Part shown: one piece after another, positions 13,378-25,875 of the stretch | How the letters are laid out: each line of letters opens with the position of its first letter | Position numbering within the stretch: position 1 is the stretch's first letter | Assembly: GCA_038496445.1 (NCBI GenBank) | Contig: JALMLS010000309.1 | Coordinates: 248,001-312,000, forward strand | Length of the DNA stretch: 64,000 nt | Direction: 5' to 3' | Source: Trichosphaerium sp. ATCC 40318 | Lineage: Eukaryota; Protista; Tubulinea | Translations under genes and position numbers: made by a program | Notes under the pieces: model-generated | The model's database searches: none | What the model saw: the letters and a program-made list of their open reading frames with translations, nothing else | What the model was told of the DNA's origin: nothing

Positions 13378-15699
13378 CTAAGTGTTGATGTAAAAATTGT
13401 CCTCAAAGCTGTGCGAACAAGACCAGCAGTATTTTCCGCTGGAATCAGAAAAAAAGGGATGTGTTTGTTTAATGTCTTCCAAGTGAGTTGACCCAAGACA
13501 CCAAGTCCGTATCGTCATATTTGATATTGTAGCGCTTCTCTATCTCAGCCTTGAACTTGTTGAACATGTTGTGCATGGTTGTTGGCTATTCATTTTAGGG
13601 GATGATTGTTGGTAAAGCGAATTCAAGGCGTACTTTAAACTCCTTTTTCCATGACTTTGGTTGCCCAATGTCAATCAAAAATTGGTCTGGAAGGACGTTT
13701 AACGTGTATCCAGCAGCCATGACTTCAAATAACTGTTGGGCTATTGTAGTTGTATTAGTTATCTTTTAGTGCTGACACTGTTTGAGCGTACCTTTATTAA
13801 TGCCAAAGTTGTAAAACCGCTCATCATAGCGAGGTGGAAAATGTTTACCCAATCTTGTAATGTAATACTAGTGTACACCCAATTATTTAAACAACAAATT
13901 AATACTACTTTCTTGTCACTAACCGGTTCAAAGTAGAGCTTGTATGGTATGTGATATGCTTCTTCAACACGGTACCACCTGGGATAATTGGTTGGCTTGT
14001 ACGCCTATTTAAAAAAAATAAGAATAAAATGAGAACCAATATTGGAGTATTACTTTGGCGTATTTCTGAATATGCATTGGCTGGACTATACTCTTCCGAG
14101 CCATTTGACGTAGTGTAGATTTGTTTGTTGGAAAGTCCTGGCCTTCTTGCTTGGTGATGGGTACCTTGGCAGTAAACTCGAAAGCAGGTACAATAAATAC
14201 GTTTTTAATTAATGACTCTTTCGAAACATCCGTAGCCGCATCAAGCTCTAAAACCCGGGTTAAATTCTGTGGTTGCATGTGATGTGTACCTTTTGCTTTT
14301 AATGCCTTGGACACAGAAGCCATGTACTGTGCGCTTGTACCTGATGGTCTAGCATCAGCATCCACTATGAACGTCCACCGATATGCACAATACTCCATTG
14401 CCACATTTCTAAGAAACAGCTGTGAGAGCAACGCTCAGCAGTAGATAGTGCTGACTGCTTTAATATGTTTTTACCTTAGAAAGTTGATTGGATACTTGTC
14501 TCTATTCGTTGGATCGTTCAAGACAATGTGTATATCAAGGTATTTAGTGACTAGAGCATCTTTGTCGTACTATACCACATCGATAAGTTGTATTGCAAAA
14601 ACCGCTTTAACGTACGAGCTCTGATAGCTTTTGCAATGTGGAACCTGCCTCCGCTTGGTTCTTTAGAAATAATGCAGCCGATATATGTCCTTGCCACCTA
14701 TGAAGGGTATCCACAAGGCGAGATATTCGATTGATTGTGAGTTGTGTTGATATGGCCAATCCGTTTCCTGTGAAAGGCGTTGGAAACTCTGTTGTTGGTT
14801 GTTTTGGTAACGCTTGTGAAGTCTCAGAAGTGAAAACAAATGGGCATAATTTAACGTGAGCGTTTATCTGTAACGCTGCATCCCAACAATCTATTTCTAG
14901 GCCTGCTAATTGTATTGTCTTGAGTTCGCCAGATAGCTTGTGATGTGAAGGATTGGGGAGGGCGACGCGCAATTCTTCTTCCGCTAGAAGATCATCGTGT
15001 GATACTGTTTTATCAGCGCTGCCTTGCACTGTACCAGGCGTTGGTGAAAGAGTTGTGTGCACAACTTCTGTCTTTGGCGGCTCTTTTTTCTGAATTTCTA
15101 CTTGGCTACGTGGATTCTTGGTAGGTAGTGATTCTAGGTGTAAGGTAAATTATAACCAACGTATTGAATACGCTACACGCAGTGCTACTTGTCGTACTTG
15201 GCGTTGTTGATGTACTCCATTGTTTGTGCTGTTTAACAATTTTTTCAATATCCACAGGCGGCTCTTCATCCTCATCTACATCGTCTCCAATTTTTGAATT
15301 ACTGTTTTTATTCAATCGCACGGAGTTTTTGAGATAATGTTGCGGTTTACCGGTCTTAGCATCAAACAGCTCCTTTCTGCTCATTTAGTTCGTTGGATTG
15401 GTAACTGGATTAAAATAAAGCGATATACATTTGTACCTAACAGCAAAGCGTGCCTTTTGTACTGTGTAGTGCGCACTGTGTTGGTGATGTCCCTGACGCA
15501 CAGCTGAGGCGAGATTATCTGTGTTTGTAAAAGATGAGTACTTTTTGACAATACACTCAAATCACGTGCTGCGTTTAATTCACGTACGCCTAGTAACCCC
15601 TTCCTCTGGTTGACCTAGCCATAAGATATGTAACCAACACGTCACCGTCACAGAAACCAAAAATAATGCAATGCGTTGTGAATTACACCGTAGAAACAT
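13378..15699 (-). CDS. GT49 family glycosyltransferase (LARGE/B4GAT1-like), type II membrane protein
   Basis: TQLTINRISRL...RWQGHISAALF, YPINFLRNVA, FIVDAD (DxD), VFIVPAFE, PTNYPRW, YFEP, YDERF...NK; N-terminal TM IALFLVSVTVTCWLHILWL. Confidence 0.9.
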
Positions 15700-15911
15700 G
15701 CTCGAAACGAGGTTTCACGATTTTACTCTTAAAAGCCAATGGATCTGTATTGACCGCTCCAGGCTCACAGCAGTATATTTACGCGTCGCCTGGACGTGTA
15801 TCTCTGTGTAGCTACGTGTTATCAGAAAAAGGGTAAGTGCAAAAATGTGGACGTGATGGCAATTCTCGCTTAACCAATCTGCAAAACATACGTTTACACT
15901 TTACACAACCA

Positions 15912-17801
15912 ATGACATCACTTAGCGATGGTTGGACGCTGCTGAACGCTTCGCCATCGCAACCTGATGACACCCAACAAGTTACAAGCCCTAGGACAGC
16001 ACAGGTTTGCTATTCGATATTATTTGTCGTTTTTAACGCCTTTCGCTAAAGTATAAAAACCTTCTTGCAAGAATACGTCGAAAGCTTGAACGAAGGCGTC
16101 TGAAGGAAGTCCCAGAAGACCCGTTAACTCACCCCGATCTACAATGGGCAAATACAAAAGATGCACCATTCACGGTTTTCTTTCAAGGTACGAACAAAAT
16201 ACGCTACAATTCGGACTATCACAGGTGTTGCAAAGCCAACAAGCAGGTTTTCGAACCTTCCTAAAAACTCACGACTGTTTCACGTTCTACTGAACCGTGT
16301 TCATTGACCAATGTAGGCATATTTTGCTCTCAGACGCAACTTGCAAAGTACACAGGCAGCAGAGGATTTGAAAGCACTGCTGGAGATAAAGTTGTATGCG
16401 CAGCAGGTATAGACACTGTATATAACGTACGTATACGTGTTTTTGGCCATAAAGCAATTTCAGTTGACACGCCGTGCAATCTAACTATACTACAGCCATT
16501 TGTGGGGAAAGAAATAGATGAAATTAGGCTCAAGTACGTTAAAGCAACAGGTTCAGCGTGAATTCCATTTTTCACGTATTTATTTTTCAAAACGTGATGT
16601 TGGCCTATTTTCGTTTCGATTACGCGACTTATGGTACCTCGCAGACGTGTCAACAGTTCTGGCCATATTATGGAAAAGTTTCAGGATTTTCATCCGGTTA
16701 TGCACATATTTACTGGCTGGAAGTACAACGACAGGTTTGGTATGTCTTCGGTTGTGTTTGTCCTTGGTTTTTTACGAATATTTTTTTCAATGTGTACTCT
16801 TAGCTGTTGTGAACTGCGATGTCAACCAGCTGGTTATTCTACCGTGTCTAACGCGCGCTTAGGTATACACATTGAAGCAAAGGCAGAACAAGATGAAACG
16901 GTCAGGGCACACAGCGTAAGATTTCGCAGGTCTAGCTTTGGCCAAGAAATAGACATCAAAAACCACAAGGAAAAGTATGACACGCTGGTACGTAAAAAAC
17001 GGAGAATCTTGATCAATAACAAAAACTTTCTGTTACCCTTTTTTTTAGCCCTCTTCTCACTTTTTGGGCTTAGGTTTCAGAAAAAGGAAGTGATAATCCT
17101 ATAGTGCTTTATGGTGTATCACGAGGAGCGGCAACGAGTTGGTACTGGCTCTTTTTTTTACCGCTTTGAGTTTGTGTTGTGACCTCATTTTGACAAGTAT
17201 TGTAGGAACGCTTTATGCACGTACAAGTATCCAAATGTAAAGATGCTAGTCGTAGAAGGTATATTCTTTTCGATAACAGATATTTTGGAACGACGGTTTC
17301 CTTACGGCCACAAGCCACTCGGTAAAGTGATGGAGATGGCTTTTCCAAATTTTAAAATCGATGGCATCTGTCCAGGTACTGCACTCGCTCCTCACTCGTT
17401 TTGACTTGACCTTACACCTTCTGTTTATAGGTTCTTGTGTGGATGACTTCCCAGAAGGCATACCTGTTGTTTTTGTGACGTCCCGCGTGGACGAGGTTGT
17501 ACCTAATGGTTCAACAAAGAAACTTGCCTTTGAATTGGCACGGCGCGAGCGCAATCAAGTCTATGTCATTGAACTCTTGTCGTCATGGCATCCACATTAT
17601 CCACTACAACATACCAAGGATCGAGAAATTTACACGTATGGACTTCACGCTATTTACAAAACACATGGATTGCCTTACATCGAGGAATTCGCACAACTCG
17701 GCGTAGATATACTAAAGCGAGCACGGTTGCCATTCATACCTCCGTTTAAAATGGCAGTAGAGTCTGGTAGTCCCAGCATTGCTGAGCCAAACAAATTGTA
17801 A
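15912..17801 (+). CDS. Alpha/beta-hydrolase fold protein
   Basis: Nucleophile elbow IVLYGVSRGAAT (17100-17140), acid VTSRVDEVVP and His SSWHPHY. Confidence 0.8.
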
Positions 17802-18053
17802 AAAAACACTGTACATAACGTTATATATCTGTACATGTAACGTATTCTCATTACTTATTTTTACTTTCGATAACAATAAAACGTCCAAGGTAAAAAGCTC
17901 CGTCTGTTCACTTAACCTTACTTGCAAGTTACTGTATCGAACGTTTGCTATTTACACGTACTGAAACTACGCAATTGTATTTGCGGCCTAAGGCGTCCTC
18001 AAGAGTCAAGAGCAAATTAGGCAATCTAATTACAATCTTACATTGAGGATAAA

Positions 18054-21023
18054 ATGTATCCAAATGTCCGGCAGCGCTCTAAGTCCATTACACAAGATTT
18101 TAGAGGCGACAATAAGCACAAAAAGCATCGCCGGATAAACTCGCTAGAAAACAATGGAACGCATGGAACGCATATCAATACGCACGGTACACGTTCTAGT
18201 ATCACGTTAACATTGACACTGACATTTTACTACCAGATCCTTCTAAACCTCAAGAAAAACCACAAGCAAAGGGTGACGATCCCATAGAAAGAGTTGATTT
18301 CGAAAAAAAAGAAGATACAGTATGGTCGCACCTCCCGCCCTCTGTGTACTACCACGATAGCGCTCACCATTGTACGGAGTGAGGTAGAGGTCATTTGTAA
18401 TTTTTTTATTCTAGCACCACAGAACTATGATCGCATTGAAGCCAAATGTAGGCAACGAAGAAAAAAATGGACAGATCCGTTATTCCCTGGCGAGTTTGCT
18501 GGCTTTGGTGAAAAGATAGACTGACTTAAAAATAGGACAGCACCCACGCAACCATACAGTGTTCGATACGAACGAAAAGATAGTGTGGACACGTATTTCA
18601 GATGTAGTCGCGGCACCACACCTCTTTAGAAAGGGAGCGGATCCTGGTGATGTCATTCAGGGTAGGCTTGGTGATTGCTGGTTCTTAGGGCCTTTGAGGC
18701 AAGTCCATGGATTGTGCTCCTCAACAAGTCGTTTAATATACTATCAGTGTACTGGCAACCCGTAAAGCATTGTGGAGCGTTGTTATTCCAGATTGGCAGA
18801 AGCAAGATTGGTCGTACAAGAAAGATGAGGATAATTTTCATCCAGGCATCTTTCGGTTTAAGTTCTGGAAATTCGGCAAGTGGATAGAGGTTTGTGTTGA
18901 TGATAAGCTACCCACACGCAATGGCAGCTTGGTGTATGTCACCACCAACAAAAGAACGTTAATTGACGCTACTTTGTTAGATACGCACAGTGTCAGAGCA
19001 ACGAATGGTGGTGCCCATTAATGGAAAAGGTAAACTTTAACATAATTATGTAAAGCTCAAAATCTTCCCAAAAATCAGGCTTATGCCAAGTTACACGGTT
19101 CATACGATGCCTTGGATGGAGGAAATACATCAGACGCCATGGTGGATATAATCGCAGGTGCGGTGGCAAGGTGACATGTGCATATTGACTTATTCAAAAC
19201 AAGGTGTTACTGAATCCATTAGTCTCACTGACAGGCTCCTTGATGATGCCAAAAGAATGAAAAAATTGTGGAGCGAGCTTTTAGAAGCTAAAGAACGGCA
19301 TCACTTAGTGGCATGCTCGGTGCAGCTGAGCAACCAAGATGAGGAGGTTACTTTACCAAAAACCTAAATAGTTTGTTGAAATGACACTCTGGTAGGTGGC
19401 CATTGAAGCCACTGATAAGGGTCTCATAAAAGCACATGCATACAGTGTTGTGAATATCAAGAAGGTTAAGGTTTCTACATTCTCGTACGAATAGTGGTGG
19501 TTGTTTGGTTGCCACGGCATAGTCTCAAATAACGCCGTCTTCTAGGCAAAAAAAGTTTAAGCTGTTGCAAGTACGAAATCCATGGGGAGATCATGAGTGG
19601 AATGGCGCTTGGGGCGATAATTCGCCAGAATGGAAACAAATATCGAAGCATGAACGCAGAAAGCTTGGACTTACATTTGAGGAAGGTCAGTAGCACACCC
19701 AAATCCGGTTTTACAAATTTGTGTTGCATTACGCTTCAAGCTAATTTGGTTTTTTCAAGACGGTATGTTTTGGATCTCGTTTGAGGACTTTGTAAAATAT
19801 TACACGCACTGCAAGATATGCAGACATCTCAATACTAGTTTTTTCACTTTCGAGCCGTTATGGCACAAGAACAAGGCGACAGGCGAATGGACAGCGGTAC
19901 TTGGTTCTTGTCTAGTGTAACAGTAGTCACTATCGTTTTAGGAAAATGCAGGAGGCAGCGCAAACCATGCCAGTTTCTTGAGCAACCCTCAGTACAGTAT
20001 CGAGTTTTCTAAAAAGACAGATGTGCGTTAACACTCTCAAACTTAATGTAGTCATCTTCCAATTAATTATTGTGTGGTTAGATTGTAGTGGGTTTGATGC
20101 AACCTGATGGTCGATTGTGTCATAAGGCACACCTCACCATCGGTTTTGTCATTGTGCACGTTGAGACGAACAGAAAAATCCGATTACACAACCTCAATAG
20201 TGTTGCTGTACGGAGTAAAACAACGTATAGAAACGCCAGGGAGGTGATGCATCGCGTCGATGACATCCGTCCCGGTAAATACTACATCATACCCACCACG
20301 TTTGATCCATCACACCACTGTAAGTAACCGCCATCGAAAGTAGGAAAAATAACTTAATTTCTACTGGTAGCCAAGTTTTTACTTCGGGTGTGGACCAGAT
20401 GTCGCGCTTCATTTCATCATATTCAAGAGGATGCTGTGTCTAAGCGCTGGTACGATTAGTTTTCACGTTTGTCCAGGTTAACTAATGCCCTCACTAGGTT
20501 TAGTAAGATGCCAAAACTCGCCATCAGAGTGTGGGTAGAGGAGTTGAGCGGTATCAAATCTCCATTGAAAATACGAAAGCCAAGCTATCACGTGACGATT
20601 GACGTTGATGGTAATTGAACACGTTTTAGAAATTTGTATAACCGACAACCGCATTAGGACATCATAAGCGGACGTACAGTAGCTCAAAGAGTGCCATTGA
20701 CGAGGGGTATCTGTTCTTTCTCAAACATCCTGAAAAGGCTGTCATTAAACTAGACGTCTGGGATGGTCACACCCTTAGAAGCAATGATTACTTAGGATCG
20801 TTGCTTATTCCAGTAACGGACTTTTTATCTTACAAGGTATGTATGCTAGACTATAGTATTATTACAGTACTTTATTCGTTTTTTTAACATGAGGTCGGTT
20901 TAGGCAAATGTTCAATACACAGGAACATACAACCTTCGTAGCCTGCACAAAGCACAGAGCAATCGCGTAGGTGGCACATGCAAGTTGCGATTCTCGTACA
21001 CGCGTGATTTAAAAACAGCTTAA
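18054..21023 (+). CDS. Calpain (CysPc + domain III + C-terminal C2 domain; calpain-5-like architecture)
   Basis: DVIQGRLGDCWFL (catalytic Cys), VDDKLP, EKAYAKLHGSY, HAYSV (His), RNPWG (Asn), DGMFWISFEDF, GKYYIIPTTF; C2-like KLDVWDGHTLRSNDYLG; stop TAA at 21021-21023. Confidence 0.93.
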
Positions 21024-23004
21024 ATGACGTTCAAATCTTTGCCAACTTGAATAAACGCGTCTACCGCCTTATCCACCTCAGCCAACGAATGTGCTGCAGA
21101 TAGTTGCACACGTATACGCGCCTCTCCTTTAGGCACAACTAAGCAAATTATTAGAGAGGCTTGATAAAGTGTGCTCATGTAGTAAAGTTGTGCTATGTAA
21201 ATACAGATGTAGTAAAAATAAATACACATAGGATACCTGGGTATGAAAATCCTATGACGTAAATGTTCTTTTTGAGCATCTCGTCCGCGAACTTGGTAGC
21301 CAATCCAGCATCACCTATACAAGAAAATACCCTGTAAGTACACAAAGGCGTACAAGAAGGAGGGCTATTACTTACCAAGCATAACTGGTGCAATTGGGTG
21401 ACTATCTCCCTTGAGTGTGAAACCTGCTTCTGTCATTCTTGACCTACAAAAATGGAGTTAATTGGATGCCTGCACATGCAAAGAGCCAAAGTTCTAGTGT
21501 TTTACCTGAATCGTTCAGTATTTTCTCTTAGTCTGTCAAGAAGCTCGGTGGACGACTGCAACATCCGGAACACTTCTGTGGCAGCACCTACGAGTGCTGG
21601 GGCGACTGAGTTTGAGAACAAGTACGGTCGAGATTTCTGTCTCAGCAAATCGACAGCCTCAGCCACACCAGTTGTGTAGCCACCTGTAGCGCCTCCTAAA
21701 GCCTTTCCAAGGGTAGAGTTGACCAAGTGCACTTCTTTTTCTACGTCGAACATCTCTGGTGTGCCTGTAAAGTAGTAGATTTGGTCAATTTCAACTCAAG
21801 CGATTACTCAATGTAAAATACACTCCTACTTACCTCTACCAGTTTTACCAACAAATCCGGTGCAATGGCACTCGTCTAGTATGTTGTTAGACAATCGGTG
21901 AGTTATGTTTTGTGGGTGGATGCCGTACCGACCATCACCATCGCATCATATTTTTGCGACAGTCGAACAATTTCGTCCAACTTGGCGTATTCACCGTCCA
22001 TAGAGAACACGCCATCGGTCACGATGAGCACTAATCGCGCCTTGTCTCTAGCTTCTTTGAGTTTCTCCTCTAGTATTTGCATATCGCTGTGTTTGTAAAT
22101 GTATCTCTGCGTCTTGGCTAGCCTAATGCCATCTAACAATAGATATGTCAAGAACGATACAAAGAGAATAAATGGCGCCTTACCAATAATTGAGGCGTGG
22201 TTCAGGGCATCGCTCACAATCGCGTCTTCTTTGGTGAGCAACGCTTCAAATATACCAGCTAGAGAGAGGACACAAGTTAGGGCACAAAAACGAATGGTAC
22301 AGAACTATGAACCAGCTAGCTATCAACGAACAAACAGTTTTGTTGTACATACCATTTGCATCGAAACAAGACGGGTAAAGGCTGCATTTAGTGTGAGTGT
22401 AGGTTCATGTGCAAGTGGGAGATAGGAGTGATCGCGTACATTGTGTCTTCGGTGCGATGAAACGAACTGATTTCGGACTCCAGCTCTTTGTGTATATCCT
22501 GTGTACCTATGCGCCTTGTCAACAGAGAGATGCTGGATTCAAGACGGTTACCACAAATAAATCTGACAGATGACAATCCTAATCCATGAGAATCTAACGT
22601 CGTTTTCGCCACATCGACGAGTTTTTGGTTGTTACTTAGGCCAAGGTAGTTGTTGGCGCAAAAATTTAACACTTCACCTAAAATCCGCGTAAAACAGTGT
22701 TCATTGCCACAAGTATGATGGTTTAGCGTATAATTGTAGTTTAAGAAGGGTTATGAAGCAAATAGTATTCTTATGTCACATCATAAATTGTACGCGTACT
22801 TTGTGTGCTAGTAACGCCAATAGAGCTTTTTTGTGGTGTTGTAATTATTCTCTCTTCTTTGTAAGTGTTGGCCTTCTTTATTTCTGCTATTTGATTCCCC
22901 CAAGCCTCTTTACCGCTCATATTGCTCGATTTCGAGGCATGGTACGTTCTAATATTGAGTGGCTTACAAGTTCGAGCTCTGACAGCAGTCCTATATGCAA
23001 ACAT
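21020..23004 (-). CDS. GCAT: 2-amino-3-ketobutyrate CoA ligase (glycine C-acetyltransferase), mitochondrial
   Basis: [55 protein letters not shown] (PLP lysine), [22 protein letters not shown]; Arg-rich presequence. Confidence 0.96.
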
Positions 23005-23153
23005 TGCGAAGGTGATTGTAAAAAAATATTAACGGCAAGTCTGGTCTGATACGATTCAGTTAATAAAAACAGCACAAGTTGAAACGATTTCTTTTTTTTT
23101 CAGTTGGAATGCTACAAATTTACAATGGTGTTGTGCTGATGATACATGTGCTA

Positions 23154-25667
23154 CTATGTTCTAAACGGTGGTAGTTTACCGTAGTTGCCTTGTGACGGCT
23201 CGCGTGGTTTTCTAGGGCTTACTGCGGGAGGTGAGACCATACCCTTCAGAGATGATTTCGAAGGCAGTTGACCATAGTTTCCAACTTCTTCATCCAATTT
23301 GCTTTGGCGTTGAGGTGAGGCCGGTTGCGTGTTCAAAGACGGCAAGCTAAATGGCAAGCCAGTGCCTGTCGGCTCGGGACCTATGGAGGAGGGAATGCCA
23401 GGCTGCGACAGGGTTTGTGGGACTAGATTGCCCAATACATCCCCGCTCATAACTACTGTTGGTGGTCGCATAACCTTTGGTGGTTTTATCTTGGCAGTCG
23501 ATAGTTTTTGCGGCGATGGATCGTCGAACGCGAAGTTTGCCAGAGATTGTCTGTCCAAAGCCTTCATCTGCCTTGTCTTTGAAGCGCCTCCATCCACAGG
23601 AGAAACAGGTGTGTCAAACTGAAACTGCGACAAGCGCAAGTTGGCGTTTGAAGGCAAGGGTTGAAGCGGGGCAGATGCGTTTGAAAATGTAGTAAACACT
23701 TCTGAGTATCGCAAACTTGCCGCCTTGGATGTTTTTTCAGGAGATCTGACATAGATTTGCCCTGGTGGAGGCTGCGGCCGTGCAAGTGGACGCGCACTCA
23801 GCGAGCCTTTGAGAGATTCTCTTGGCGATTGGTTGTCTTCCACCGCCTTCTTCCGTAGCGAAGGTGCGCTCAATTGTCTCTTGTGATCCCATGTCGGTTG
23901 CGCGCGTACTTCCGGTGGATCAAGTGATGTGATGTGTAGCGGTGGTATTGGCCTATTCTGAGGAGGCGGTGTGGACATGTGAGCACCAGGTTGAGCAACC
24001 CTTTTTGGCAAGGCAAGCGATACTTTAGGTGTTACAGGTGGTTCTCGTTGAGGCGGAGTCTGTATAGCCCTTGGTTTTGGTGTAGGTGGCAATACCGGGG
24101 GTTTATGTGAAGGCGGCCGTGATACTGCTCTTTTAGGGAGGTGTGACTCCACAGTGGCTGACAACTGAGCCAAGTCACTTTCTGAAGATGGTGTTTTAGG
24201 CGAGGCGTATACAACTGCTTGCGAAGGCGTTGGGTTGTGAGGCGGCGTCGGTTTACGTGATGGCGGAGGCACAGACATGTGAGCTTGTTCTGAAGGCGCC
24301 AAAGGACGTGTAAACGGTTTACCAGTGGTACATGAGGGTCCACTAGACGGCCCAGTTATCTTGGGTGTGGACGGTGAGCTCAATTTTGGAGGTGGTGAAG
24401 GCAACGCGCTAGACCGTTTCCGTAACAAACTGTTTGGCGGCTTAGTGGGCTGCACAACACGACGTCCACTAGATCCTTGAGACGTCTGGGCACTAAGTGC
24501 TTGACGCCTTCCTACCGTTGGACTGAGTAGAGCTGGCTTGATCATCGATTTCGGTAGCGACTTGCTGATGCCTCTGTGCTGTAGTTCAGCTGCAGAGTTA
24601 AGAGGGGTGCCAACTGGTCTGCAATATTTGGTGGCCGATACATCCCCTGACAATATCGATTGTATGCTCGGATTACCACCAACATCTGCAGGCAATTCGT
24701 CCTTTTTGATTCATACGGTAAGAATAAAATTTGCAATGGCTTTGTATCAACACCCAAGGTGTAACAATTTTACGTGTCAAATCAAAAAAAAAGAGAGAAA
24801 AATGCGTAAAGACTCACCTGATGATTTTTAATGGTTTTATCAGCGCCTTTATCCAAGAGACAATATAAGGTCTCAATATGCTTCCACTGGGCAGCATAGT
24901 GTAATGGTGTCATGCCTTCTAGGTCTTGACTGTTAACATCAATGGTTGGGTGGCACAACAGCGTCTTGGCTAATTCAGGGCTACTTTTAGAAGCATAGTG
25001 TAACGGCGTTTGACCTGCACGCTACAAAGTAATAGTTTGTCAATAACTCAAAGGGTTAGAATGCTTGTCTGCTTTTCGTACGTCCTTCAAATTGACATCC
25101 GCGCCTGCAGCTATCAACACAGCGCATTCTCGCTTGAATGAGCGCTCTGTAGCAATGTGCAACAGTGTCTACAAAGTGGGGGTTACTTACTGGACTGTCT
25201 TCTTGCCATGTGGGCATACTGCGCGCTCTTACCTTGCCTGTTGACGTCTTTAAATTTAAAGAGGGATCACAATTCATCAATAGATGAAATAAATCGAGGT
25301 TGTTGGATGTCAAACATTCCATCAATGGAGTCTCAAGTTGTACAATCTTAGATATAATAATAAACATACTGTTACGCTACGCACCTTCTTTGTGGAGCTC
25401 ATAGGCGTGTTTACGCTCGCTCCTTCTATTACAAGCCACTTGGCCATCTCAACGTAGTTGAACCTTGCTGCTATGTGCAGCGCAGTGTACCCATTGGCAT
25501 CGCTAACGGTGTAATTCAACATAAACATGCGCAACAAAAGTGACGTATTTGTGATGCACGTACGTAGATTCATTGAGCATGACATATCGGAACTTTTTGT
25601 ACTGCTTTTTGGCCTTTTTCAAGTTGTTCTCGCGCACAATTTCCAACAGCCTGATTCCCTTGTCCAT
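23154..25667 (-). CDS. Ankyrin-repeat protein with a long proline/serine-rich disordered C-terminus
   Basis: GYTALHIAAR, TPLMEC, GQTPLHYASK and GMTPLHYAAQ ankyrin repeats in 5' exons; 513-aa P/S-rich terminal exon. Confidence 0.85.
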
Positions 25668-25875
25668 CGCAGCTACGACTGCTTTCGCGTGAGCACAGAA
25701 AGACGAAAATTACAGCCCGTGGTTAACGCTAGACCAAAGAACTTAAAGTGACCCTTTTTGCTTTAAGTTTTCACAAAACGAAAAATTGCCTCTTTTTCTG
25801 TCGCTAATTTACTAGTACCATTGTAACGGTTTCTCCCCACGTAGGCAGCTCCACTGCACAAGTTGTTCTGCCACC

